A DNA stretch of 64,000 bases from Candidatus Tayloriibacteriota bacterium (GTDB lineage: Bacteria; Patescibacteriota; Minisyncoccia; Phycocordibacterales; PALSA-1337): contig CAITNV010000054.1 of assembly GCA_903893855.1 (NCBI GenBank), positions 32,562 through 96,561 on the forward strand, given 5' to 3'. Under the pieces are notes generated by a model, which saw only the letters and a program-made list of their open reading frames with translations, was not told the DNA's origin and ran no database searches. Every line of letters starts with the position of its first letter. The first letter of the stretch is position 1. Below are positions 46,922-55,711 of the stretch, piece after piece. A program made the translations under genes and the position numbers.

Positions 46922-47332
46922 ATGATTACTGCATCACTAAAAAATTACCGCCAGTCTCCTCGAAAGGTTCGATCCGTAGCTAATCTTGTTCGTGGTAAGT
47001 CGGTAGTAGAAGCGCTAAATATGCTCGCTTTTCTTCCAAAGAAGGCTACAGGTCCTCTTTCAGATCTATTGAATTCTGCAGTAGCTAATGCAAAGAATAA
47101 TTTTAATATTGATAAGGCTAATCTTTTCATCAAAGAATTTAGAATTGACGGAGGTGTTACACTAAAGCGATCAATGCCAGTATCACGAGGTTCAGCACAC
47201 CCAATTCACAAGAGATCAAGCCATGTGCTTGTTACTCTTGCTCCTCTTGCAGATAAGCCTGTTAAAGCTCGACGTTGGGCATTTCGAGAAAGTGCTAAAG
47301 TCGCTAAAGCAGATATAACAGCAAAAAAATAA
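46922..47332 (+). CDS. rplV: 50S ribosomal protein uL22
   Basis: SPRKVR.VA.LVRG, SAVANA. Confidence 0.97.
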   Translation: MITASLKNYRQSPRKVRSVANLVRGKSVVEALNMLAFLPKKATGPLSDLLNSAVANAKNNFNIDKANLFIKEFRIDGGVTLKRSMPVSRGSAHPIHKRSSHVLVTLAPLADKPVKARRWAFRESAKVAKADITAKK

Positions 47333-47333
47333 C

Positions 47334-48059
47334 ATGTCACATTCTGTACACCCATATTCACATAGATTAGGAGTTATTCGCGATTGGAAAAGCCGATGGT
47401 TTGGTGTTGATAAGCAATACCGTAATTACCTAAAGGCCGACATCATCATTCGTGAATATTTGATTAAGGAATTGCGACAGTTTTTTATTGCTGATGTTCA
47501 TATCGAACGTAATCAGAAGGCTCTCCGAATTGTTATTAAGTCTTCACGACCAGGTATGATTGTTGGCCGAGCAGGGGATGGAGTTGTGACTCTACGAAAC
47601 AAGCTTATCAAGCTTCTTGCTAAGCGTAAGATTGATCTTACAGGTCAAGAACTAAAGATTGATATCGAAGAAGTTCGTAATCCAGAAGCCAATTCAGCTA
47701 TTGTCGGTCTTATGGTTGCGGAAGGTCTTGAAAAGCGTCTTCCTTTCCGACGTGTCGTTAAGCAGGCTCTTGAGAAGGTTATGGCTAACAAAGAGGTTCA
47801 GGGTGCTCGTATTAAGCTCTCAGGTCGTCTAGGTGGTGCCGAAATGGCCCGACAGGAAGATCTTAAGAAGGGTCGAATTCCACTTCAGACACTTCGAGCT
47901 GACATTGACTTCGCTCGTGAGAAAGCTCATATGACCTACGGTGATATCGGTATTAAGGTCTGGATTTATAAGGGCGAGATCTTCGCTAAGGACGCAAAGG
48001 CCGCTGCAGTAGCACAGGCTGGATTTGCTCCAGCACGAGATAGTCGAGAACGCGCATAA
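47334..48059 (+). CDS. rpsC: 30S ribosomal protein uS3
   Basis: RPGMIVGR, SGRLGGAEMAR, PLQTLRADID. Confidence 0.98.
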   Translation: MSHSVHPYSHRLGVIRDWKSRWFGVDKQYRNYLKADIIIREYLIKELRQFFIADVHIERNQKALRIVIKSSRPGMIVGRAGDGVVTLRNKLIKLLAKRKIDLTGQELKIDIEEVRNPEANSAIVGLMVAEGLEKRLPFRRVVKQALEKVMANKEVQGARIKLSGRLGGAEMARQEDLKKGRIPLQTLRADIDFAREKAHMTYGDIGIKVWIYKGEIFAKDAKAAAVAQAGFAPARDSRERA

Positions 48060-48085
48060 TATTTATATAATTATTAATTACTACC

Positions 48086-48529
48086 ATGCTTTTCCCTAAA
48101 AAAGTAAAATTCCGAAAGTGGCACACAGGCCGAAAGAACGCAAAGAAGCTTGCGGTCGCTGTTGAAACACGTGGTATTAACCTTTCATTCGGTTCATTCG
48201 GTTTGAAAGCTCTTAAATACGGCCGTCTAACATCAAACGAGATCGAAGCTGCTCGTAAGGTTATGGCTCGTTACGCTACAAAGTCAGGGAAAGTATGGGT
48301 GCGAATTTTCCCAGATCGACCATTTACACAGAAGCCTGCTGAAGTGAAGCTCGGAAAGGGTAAGGGAGATCCAGTTGGATTCGTGGCTCCAGTTAAAGCA
48401 GGTCGTATTCTTTTTGAAATCGACGGAGTTGATGACAAGATTGCTCTCGAAGCTCTCCGAAAAGCAGGAACAAAGATATCAGTAAAGACTAAGATTGTTA
48501 GCCGAGCTGGTATGGGTATGGCAATTTAA
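48086..48529 (+). CDS. rplP: 50S ribosomal protein uL16
   Basis: IEAARK, RIFPD.P, GKGKG. Confidence 0.98.
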   Translation: MLFPKKVKFRKWHTGRKNAKKLAVAVETRGINLSFGSFGLKALKYGRLTSNEIEAARKVMARYATKSGKVWVRIFPDRPFTQKPAEVKLGKGKGDPVGFVAPVKAGRILFEIDGVDDKIALEALRKAGTKISVKTKIVSRAGMGMAI

Positions 48530-48580
48530 ACAAAACTGTGATATAACAGCCAGACTGAAACTCACAAAAATACTAAAAAC

Positions 48581-48841
48581 ATGAAAGAAACAACTACAAC
48601 AAAGACATACACACCAAAACGAAAGACTCTTTCAGGTGTTGTCGTATCCGACAAAATGAAAGACACTATTGTTGTTCTTGTTGAACGATATGTTAAAGAC
48701 GAGAAGTATCAGAAGTTTATCAACCTCCGAAAGCGCTATAAGGTTCATGATCTTGGTAATACAAAGAAAATAGGCGATAAGGTTACTATCGAATCATGCC
48801 GACCTATTTCTCGACATAAATCATTTAAAATAATTAACTAA
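48581..48841 (+). CDS. rpsQ: 30S ribosomal protein uS17
   Basis: GVVVSDKM.DT, HD, CRPIS..K. Confidence 0.97.
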   Translation: MKETTTTKTYTPKRKTLSGVVVSDKMKDTIVVLVERYVKDEKYQKFINLRKRYKVHDLGNTKKIGDKVTIESCRPISRHKSFKIIN

Positions 48842-48842
48842 T

Positions 48843-49214
48843 ATGATCCAGCCACGCTCAATCGTACGAATAACAGATAATTGCGGTGCCAAAATCGGCC
48901 GTATTTTCAAAGTGCTTGGTAGCTCAAAGAAGCGCTATGCTGAGATTGGTGACCTCGTAGTACTTTCTGTACAGAAGGCAGAACCACGAAAAGCTATTAA
49001 GAAGAAGGATATTCTTCAGGCGGTAGTAGTTCGTCAGCGAAAGCCTTTCCGAAGAAAGGATGGATCATACGTTCGTTTTGATGAAAACTCAGTAGTTATT
49101 ATTGAAAAGGGAAAGAAGGAGCCAATCGCAGGACGTATTTTCGGCCCAATTCCTCGCGAGCTTGCTGAGAAAGGTTTCCAGACTATTGCTTCCCGAGCAC
49201 CAGAAATAGTATAA
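48843..49214 (+). CDS. rplN: 50S ribosomal protein uL14
   Basis: DNCGAK, RKDGSYVRFDEN, RIFGP..REL. Confidence 0.98.
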   Translation: MIQPRSIVRITDNCGAKIGRIFKVLGSSKKRYAEIGDLVVLSVQKAEPRKAIKKKDILQAVVVRQRKPFRRKDGSYVRFDENSVVIIEKGKKEPIAGRIFGPIPRELAEKGFQTIASRAPEIV

Positions 49215-49222
49215 ATAACACC

Positions 49223-49480
49223 ATGGCTATAAAAAAAGACGACAATGTAATAATTTTGACTGGCAAGTGTAAAGGTATGACTGGAAAGGTCATCAAGTCT
49301 TTACCTAAGGAAAATAAAGTAATCGTATATGGTATTAACTTACTCAAGCGACACCAGCGACCTCGCAAAGAAGGCCAGAAGGGTACTATCGTAGATAAGG
49401 CTATGCCTATCGATGTTTCAAATGTAGCACTTGTTTCTGCTGCAACTCCTAAGAAGGCTACTAAAGCTTCAAAGAAATAA
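49223..49480 (+). CDS. rplX: 50S ribosomal protein uL24 (short)
   Basis: KOW-like IKKDD.V.ILTGK.KG, PIDVSNV. Confidence 0.95.
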   Translation: MAIKKDDNVIILTGKCKGMTGKVIKSLPKENKVIVYGINLLKRHQRPRKEGQKGTIVDKAMPIDVSNVALVSAATPKKATKASKK

Positions 49481-49493
49481 TAAGTAAATTTTT

Positions 49494-50057
49494 ATGAAAA
49501 CGACACACAAGACAATTAAAGAACTCGAAAAGGCAAGCTACGCTGACCTAAAGGCGCGCTTTGGTTATACTAACCCAATGCAGTCACCACGACTTATCAA
49601 GGTTGTCGTATCTACAGGTGTAGGTTCAATTAAGGACAAGAAGAAAATTGAGCTTATTGCTGACCGTGTTGCAAAGATTACAGGCCAGAAGCCAGCTCTT
49701 CGAGGTGCGAAGAAGTCAATCGCTTCATTTAAGGTGCGAACAGGAGATCCTGTAGGTTACCAAGTAACACTACGAGGTAAGAGAATGAATGATTTCCTCG
49801 ATCGTCTAACTAACATTTCTCTCCCTCGAACAAAGGACTTCCGAGGAATTTCACGAACTTCAGTTGATGAAATGGGTAACTATACATTCGGTATTCGAGA
49901 ACACACTATCTTCCCTGAGACTTCAGACGAAGATCTAAAGGATGTTTTCGGCATGGCGATCACAGTTGTTACATCTTCTTCTGATAAGGTTCAGACTATT
50001 GCTTTCCTCGAACACCTCGGTTTTCCTTTCAAGAAGGAAGAGGTCAAGAAGAAGTAA
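49494..50057 (+). CDS. rplE: 50S ribosomal protein uL5
   Basis: ITGQKP, KKSIASFK.R, VTLRG, DFRG. Confidence 0.98.
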   Translation: MKTTHKTIKELEKASYADLKARFGYTNPMQSPRLIKVVVSTGVGSIKDKKKIELIADRVAKITGQKPALRGAKKSIASFKVRTGDPVGYQVTLRGKRMNDFLDRLTNISLPRTKDFRGISRTSVDEMGNYTFGIREHTIFPETSDEDLKDVFGMAITVVTSSSDKVQTIAFLEHLGFPFKKEEVKKK

Positions 50058-50080
50058 TGTTGAAGAGGTAGTATTTCAGT

Positions 50081-50200
50081 TTGACTTCGAAAGGGTCATC
50101 TGATAGGATACCAGAGTTATTCGAAAGTAGGTAAACACAAAAGGTGTTGGAAGCAGGCCGCCACATAGAGCGGAAGCTAACCAACAGTTTTCGTTTTTTA
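50081..50200 (+). promoter_or_regulatory. Internal promoter and structured leader before rpsN
   Basis: TTGACT-N17-TAGGAT (50081-50109); stem TGTTGG/CCAACA enclosing CCGC/GCGG. Confidence 0.6.
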
Positions 50201-50241
50201 TAGCAAGATCAATAATTAAACACACGTAAAAAAGTCATATT

Positions 50242-50427
50242 ATGGCAAAGACATCAGTAAAAGCACGAGCAGCACGAAAGCCGAAATTCAAGTCGCGCGT
50301 TGTTCGACGTTGTTTCCGCTGTGGTCGTAAGAATGGCTATATGCGAGATTTCGATCTATGCCGAATCTGCTTTAGAGAATTCGCTAACGAAGGAGTTATT
50401 CCAGGAATTAAGAAGTCATCTTGGTAA
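50242..50427 (+). CDS. rpsN: 30S ribosomal protein uS14, zinc-binding type Z
   Basis: RCFRCGR...LCRICFRE, PGIKKSSW. Confidence 0.97.
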   Translation: MAKTSVKARAARKPKFKSRVVRRCFRCGRKNGYMRDFDLCRICFREFANEGVIPGIKKSSW

Positions 50428-50444
50428 TACAATAATATAATTAT

Positions 50445-50867
50445 ATGGTAACAGACCCAATTGCAGATTTCATAACACGCGTAAAGAACGCAAGCGATGC
50501 CAACAAGGCAGTAGTATGTATGCCGCATTCTTTACTTAAAGAGTCTATTGCGCATGTTCTTGCAAAAGCCGGCTATCTTAAGTTAGTCGAGAGCAAAGGC
50601 AAGAAGTCAGAAAAGACTCTTGAAGTAACATTGTCATACATTGCTGCACCAGCATCACAGGGTGCAAACGTTGCAGGTGAGCCAGTTGTACACGGAGTGC
50701 AGCGAGTTTCAAAGTCTTCTCGAAGAATTTATCAGAAGGCTAAGGATATTCGTCCGTTTAGGAATGGTTTCGGTAATGTCGTGCTTTCTACCCCAAAGGG
50801 TATTATGCTTGATGTTGATGCACGAAAACAAAAGGTCGGTGGCGAAGTGCTTTTCAAAGTTTGGTAA
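50445..50867 (+). CDS. rpsH: 30S ribosomal protein uS8
   Basis: DPIADFITR, STPKG, GGEVL. Confidence 0.97.
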   Translation: MVTDPIADFITRVKNASDANKAVVCMPHSLLKESIAHVLAKAGYLKLVESKGKKSEKTLEVTLSYIAAPASQGANVAGEPVVHGVQRVSKSSRRIYQKAKDIRPFRNGFGNVVLSTPKGIMLDVDARKQKVGGEVLFKVW

Positions 50868-50885
50868 TTTATTTTATATACATAT

Positions 50886-51419
50886 ATGTCAAGAATTGGA
50901 AAAAGAATACTAACAATACCTGAGAAGACTACTGCTACCATAGCAAACGGCGTTTTCACTGTGAAAGGTCCATTAGGAGAACTTACTCGAACATTCAAGT
51001 CTGAAGTTGAGATTAAGATTGATAATGGCACTATTACACTTGTACCTGTTCGAACAAGCCTCGAAATTAACGCTCTTTGGGGAACATATTCAGCTCACGT
51101 TAATAATATGATTGAAGGTGTTAATAAGGCTTTCGAAAAGAAGCTTATTGTTGAAGGTATCGGTTTCAAGTCAGACGTTAAGGGAACTGATCTTCACCTC
51201 GCGCTTGGTTTCTCTCACCCAATTAAGCTCGCTATTCCGGCAGGTCTTAAGGTTACCGCAGATAAGAACGTTATTACCGTATCTGGTATCGATGTTGAGA
51301 AGGTTGGCCAGTTTGTCGCAAAGGTCCGATCACTTAAGAAGCCTGAACCATATAAGGGTAAGGGAGTTCGATATGATAATGAGGTTGTCCGAAGAAAGCA
51401 GGGTAAGAAGTCTGTCTAA
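50886..51419 (+). CDS. rplF: 50S ribosomal protein uL6
   Basis: MSRIGK, LGFSHP, PEPYKGKG. Confidence 0.98.
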   Translation: MSRIGKRILTIPEKTTATIANGVFTVKGPLGELTRTFKSEVEIKIDNGTITLVPVRTSLEINALWGTYSAHVNNMIEGVNKAFEKKLIVEGIGFKSDVKGTDLHLALGFSHPIKLAIPAGLKVTADKNVITVSGIDVEKVGQFVAKVRSLKKPEPYKGKGVRYDNEVVRRKQGKKSV

Positions 51420-51433
51420 TATAAATAAAATAT

Positions 51434-51757
51434 ATGAGTACCGCTAAAACAAAAATTGAAAAGATTGAACGACGTCACCGACGTATTCGAGCTACCATTT
51501 CTGGTACCGAAGAACGTCCTCGTTTGTCTGTGTTTCGATCAAATAAAGGCATGTATGTTCAGCTTATCAATGATGATAAGGGTCATACATTAGCACAAGC
51601 ACATTCAGCAGATGCAAAGACTGCTGGTATCGAGCTTGCAAAGAAAGCGAAAGCCCTTAAGATTACTAAAGTAGTCTTTGATCGAGGCGGTTACCTTTAT
51701 ACAGGTAAGATTAAGGCAATTGCAGATGCTGCTCGAGAAGGAGGACTTATATTCTAA
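51434..51757 (+). CDS. rplR: 50S ribosomal protein uL18
   Basis: [24 protein letters not shown]. Confidence 0.97.
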   Translation: MSTAKTKIEKIERRHRRIRATISGTEERPRLSVFRSNKGMYVQLINDDKGHTLAQAHSADAKTAGIELAKKAKALKITKVVFDRGGYLYTGKIKAIADAAREGGLIF

Positions 51758-51778
51758 TAAAACGATTATTTAAATACT

Positions 51779-52447
51779 ATGGACGATACCACAAAAAACC
51801 AAATAGCTCCCGCAACACCAACAGCCGCTCCAGCCGGAGTTGCAGCTAATTTCTCAAACGATCCACGAGGAGACCGACGTGGTGCTATGGGTGGCAATCG
51901 ACGCCCACCTTCACGACGTCCAGAGCGATCTGGTCGTGAGCGAATCAAGCCTGAATTCGACACAAAGATCATCAATATCCGCCGCGTAACTCGAGTGGCT
52001 GCTGGAGGACGACGATTTAGCTTCTCTGTTGCAGTAGTCTCAGGAGATCGAAAGGGTAAGGTTGGTGTAGGTCTTGGTAAGGCAGGGGATACTTCACTTG
52101 CTATCGATAAGGCTACACGAGATGCAAAGAAGAATATGATTAAGGTCGCTCTTCTCCCTACAATGTCTATTCCTCACGCTATCGAAGCTAAATATTCAAG
52201 CGCTGTCGTTACGATGATGCCTGCAAAGGGCCGTGGAGTTGTAGCAGGTAGCGCAGTACGAAATGTGATCGAGCTTGCAGGTATTAAGGATGTAGTTGCA
52301 AAGCTACGTTCTGGTAGCAAGAACAAGCTTAATATCGCTCGTGCAACTATTACCGCTCTCTCAATGATAAGCAAGACCGGCAAGCCAGCTCGATTTGTTA
52401 ATCGAGTATCTTCTCGAGAAGCGGCGCCAGTTTCTAATTCAAAATAA
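51779..52447 (+). CDS. rpsE: 30S ribosomal protein uS5 with Arg/Gly-rich N-terminal extension
   Basis: RVTRVAAGGRRFSF, G.G.GKA, LAGIKD. Confidence 0.97.
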   Translation: MDDTTKNQIAPATPTAAPAGVAANFSNDPRGDRRGAMGGNRRPPSRRPERSGRERIKPEFDTKIINIRRVTRVAAGGRRFSFSVAVVSGDRKGKVGVGLGKAGDTSLAIDKATRDAKKNMIKVALLPTMSIPHAIEAKYSSAVVTMMPAKGRGVVAGSAVRNVIELAGIKDVVAKLRSGSKNKLNIARATITALSMISKTGKPARFVNRVSSREAAPVSNSK

Positions 52448-52456
52448 TAAAATTTT

Positions 52457-52921
52457 ATGCAGAGCCACAACGTACAACCAGTTCACAAAAATAAGCCGAC
52501 AATGATCGTTGGTCGTGGAGGACACCGAGGTAAGACTTCTGGCCGAGGAGGTAAGGGTCAGACAGCACGCGCAGGAAACAAGCGCCGTCCAGAACTCCGA
52601 GACTTCATTAAGCGTATTCCAAAGCTTCGAGGTCGTGGCAAGAGCTCATTTAAGTCTTTTGCTATTAAGCCAGTGAATGTATCTCTTGAAATGATCGAGG
52701 CTACATTCTCAGCGGGTGAAGTTATTACTCCAAAGATCCTTGTAGAGAAGAAGCTCGTTTCAATGCTTGGCGGTAATATCCCTAAAATCAAGATTATTGG
52801 CGGCAAAAAGCCTGCTGATAAGGCTGAATTCTCAAAGAAAGTGACTATTTCAGGTTGTATCGTATCTGTAGGAGCTAAGGCTTCGATTGAAAAAGCTGGT
52901 GGTTCTGTTACAGTTAAATAA
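52457..52921 (+). CDS. rplO: 50S ribosomal protein uL15
   Basis: GRGG..GKTSGRGGKGQ.AR, IEKAGG. Confidence 0.96.
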   Translation: MQSHNVQPVHKNKPTMIVGRGGHRGKTSGRGGKGQTARAGNKRRPELRDFIKRIPKLRGRGKSSFKSFAIKPVNVSLEMIEATFSAGEVITPKILVEKKLVSMLGGNIPKIKIIGGKKPADKAEFSKKVTISGCIVSVGAKASIEKAGGSVTVK

Positions 52922-54192
52922 TGAATACATTTTTGGAAAAAATGAAGACAGTGTTTCGAGATCCTAGTATGAGAAAAAAGGTTCTCTTTACGCTTGGAGC
53001 ACTTGTAGTGTTTAGACTACTCGCGTCTATTCCTATGCCTGGAATTAATGCAGCGTCTCTGGCTAAATTCCTCTCAGGGAATCAAATCCTCGGTCTTTTT
53101 GATGTCTTCTCAGGTGGAGGAATATCACATTTCTCTATCGTGATGCTTGGAGTAGGTCCTTACATCACAGGATCTATTATCATGCAGCTTTTGACAATGA
53201 TGTCACCACGATTGAAGTCTCTTTTCCAAGAGGAAGGAGAGCGAGGACGCCAGAAGCTTTCTCAGTATTCACGACTTCTAGCGGTTCCTTTAGCACTTAT
53301 CCAAGCACTCGGTTTTATTAAACTTCTCCAGAGCCAGAATGTTCTTGGTTCTTTGTCTATCGGTGCTCTATTTACCAACATCATCGTTATATCTGCAGGT
53401 TCTATCCTCCTTATGTGGATTGGTGAACTTATTAGCGAATTCGGTATTGGAAACGGAGTATCACTCATCATTTTCGCTGGTATTATAGCTCAGCTTCCTA
53501 CGAAGGCTCTTCAGTTTAGCGCTACATTTGATTCTGCATCTATTCCAGTTTACATTGTGGCTCTCGCTGTTGGTCTTATTGTTATCCTCACGGTGGTATT
53601 TGTTACTGAAGCCGAACGATCAATTCCTGTAACCTACGCTAAGCAGGTTCGAGGTAATAAAGTCTACGGTGGTGTTTCTACATATCTTCCACTTCGCCTC
53701 AATCAGGCTGGTGTTATTCCTATCATATTCGCTCTTTCAATACTTGTTATCCCTCGAGTAGTCGCTGGCTTCTTCGCTACCGCTTCAAATGCAACTGTCG
53801 CTCATTTCGCTACTTTAGTAGGTAATATCTTGGCAAACGGCTGGATATACAATAGCTTGTACCTCTTGTTTGTTGTTATCTTCACGTACTTCTATACTGC
53901 AGTTACGTTTGATCCTAAGCAGATATCTGAGAATCTCCAGAAGGGTGGTGCTTTTATTCCAGGTATTCGCCCAGGTGATTCAACAATGCTTTATCTCGGT
54001 AAGGTTGTGACTCGAATTACTCTTGTTGGTGCATTATTCCTTGGTATCGTTGCAGTACTTCCACTTATTATGCAGTCAGTTACTGGTAACCAGATGCTTG
54101 CTATCGGCGGAACAGCACTCCTCATCGTTGTCTCAGTTATCCTTGACCTTGTAAAGAAAGTAGACGCTCAGATCTCAATGCAAGAGTATTAA
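52921..54192 (+). CDS. secY: Preprotein translocase subunit SecY
   Basis: LGVGPYIT.SII.QL, GIGNG.SL.IF, IPGIRPG, GGTALLI.V. Confidence 0.99.
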   Translation: MNTFLEKMKTVFRDPSMRKKVLFTLGALVVFRLLASIPMPGINAASLAKFLSGNQILGLFDVFSGGGISHFSIVMLGVGPYITGSIIMQLLTMMSPRLKSLFQEEGERGRQKLSQYSRLLAVPLALIQALGFIKLLQSQNVLGSLSIGALFTNIIVISAGSILLMWIGELISEFGIGNGVSLIIFAGIIAQLPTKALQFSATFDSASIPVYIVALAVGLIVILTVVFVTEAERSIPVTYAKQVRGNKVYGGVSTYLPLRLNQAGVIPIIFALSILVIPRVVAGFFATASNATVAHFATLVGNILANGWIYNSLYLLFVVIFTYFYTAVTFDPKQISENLQKGGAFIPGIRPGDSTMLYLGKVVTRITLVGALFLGIVAVLPLIMQSVTGNQMLAIGGTALLIVVSVILDLVKKVDAQISMQEY

Positions 54193-54220
54193 AATCCATC
54201 GGATTTGTTATACTTTATGC

Positions 54221-54829
54221 ATGAATAAAAAAGCTTTTATAATGATTGGCCGTTCTGGCTGTGGAAAGGGTACACAGGCAAATCTTCTCTCTGAACATCT
54301 CTTAAAGTCTTCAGAACCGGAAGATACAGGCATTCCAAGTGTTCTTTATATTCAGAGTGGCAATGAATTTCGTGACTTCATGGCTCGCACAAGCTATACC
54401 GCTAAATTATCTCGACAAGTCGATGAAGTCGGCGGACTGCAACCTGAATTCTTAGCTGTATACATGTGGACCAACATTCTCGTTCGAGAATACAATGGTA
54501 ATGAACATCTCATTTTCGATGGTATGCCACGTAAAGTCCATGAAGCGGGCGTTCTTCACTCGATTTTTGAATTCTATAAGATTAGTCGACCACAGGTTAT
54601 TTATATAAATGTCTCTGCAGAATGGGCAACTAAACATTTGCTCGTTCGAGGGCGGCATGATGATAATGAGGTGGATATTAAAGCTCGTTTGAAGTGGTTC
54701 GACGAGAAAGTAATGCCAACCGTAGAGTTCTATCGTACCAATCCAGAATATGATTTTTATGAAATTAACGGCGAACAGTCAGTAGAAGACACACACAACG
54801 AGCTTATCAAGAAAGTTTTCGCAAAATAG
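54221..54829 (+). CDS. adk: Adenylate kinase-like NMP kinase (short LID)
   Basis: GRSGCGKGTQA, FDG.PR, RGR.DD; between secY and map. Confidence 0.85.
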   Translation: MNKKAFIMIGRSGCGKGTQANLLSEHLLKSSEPEDTGIPSVLYIQSGNEFRDFMARTSYTAKLSRQVDEVGGLQPEFLAVYMWTNILVREYNGNEHLIFDGMPRKVHEAGVLHSIFEFYKISRPQVIYINVSAEWATKHLLVRGRHDDNEVDIKARLKWFDEKVMPTVEFYRTNPEYDFYEINGEQSVEDTHNELIKKVFAK

Positions 54830-54834
54830 CCAAT

Positions 54835-55686
54835 ATGATAACTATTAAGACAAAAGAAGATATAGCCATATTACGAGAAGGTGGCAGACGACACGCTGCT
54901 ATTATGCGTGCTTTGGTGGCTATGGTTAAGCCTGATCTTGATATTGCAGAGCTCGATGCTGCAGCGGTTCGTCTTATTGGAGAATTTGATAAGGACGCCA
55001 ACGGTAATCGTTCGGGGGATAAGTCCGCTATTTTAAATTACAAACCATATGGAGCGAAGCGACCATATCCTGCAAGTACCTGCATATCTGTAAATGATGA
55101 AGTGGTGCACGGCATTCCTACTGAAAATAACCGCGTACTTGAAGAGGGTGATATCGTAAGTATCGATTTCGCTCTTGTTCATCGTGGTCTCATTACGGAT
55201 ATGGCGGTGACCGTACCGGTTGGCAAAGTCTCAACCGAGGTCAAAGACCTTGTTGAAGCCACAGAAAAGGCTTTAAAGGCAGGCATTACTGCTGCTAAGG
55301 GTGGAAACTACATTGGGGATATAAGTATGGCTATAGAGCGTTTTGGACGTGGTGGAGGGGGTAAAAGTGTGAATGGCGGTAAGGGATATGGCATAGTTGA
55401 AGAACTTGTAGGACATGGGGTTGGTTACGATGTTCATGAAGATCCATATGTACCAAACTATATTTCTGGAGTGCGCGGAACAAGCGCCGGAGCACACCAT
55501 CAAAAGGGTGATGTTTTACGTGCGGGTATGGTAATTGCAATTGAACCAATGTTTAATCTAGGTTCTCGAGAAGTTACTATTGATCCTGATGGATACACTA
55601 TTCGCACATATGACGGTAAACCAAGCGCTCATTTTGAACACACTGTGTTAATCACAAAAGGTGCTCCAGAGATACTGACGATATAA
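54835..55686 (+). CDS. map: Methionine aminopeptidase type I
   Basis: CISVNDEVVHGIP, GHGVG..VHEDP, AIEPM, SAHFEHT. Confidence 0.97.
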   Translation: MITIKTKEDIAILREGGRRHAAIMRALVAMVKPDLDIAELDAAAVRLIGEFDKDANGNRSGDKSAILNYKPYGAKRPYPASTCISVNDEVVHGIPTENNRVLEEGDIVSIDFALVHRGLITDMAVTVPVGKVSTEVKDLVEATEKALKAGITAAKGGNYIGDISMAIERFGRGGGGKSVNGGKGYGIVEELVGHGVGYDVHEDPYVPNYISGVRGTSAGAHHQKGDVLRAGMVIAIEPMFNLGSREVTIDPDGYTIRTYDGKPSAHFEHTVLITKGAPEILTI

Positions 55687-55711
55687 CTTGATCGTGATAT
55701 GATATAGGGAA

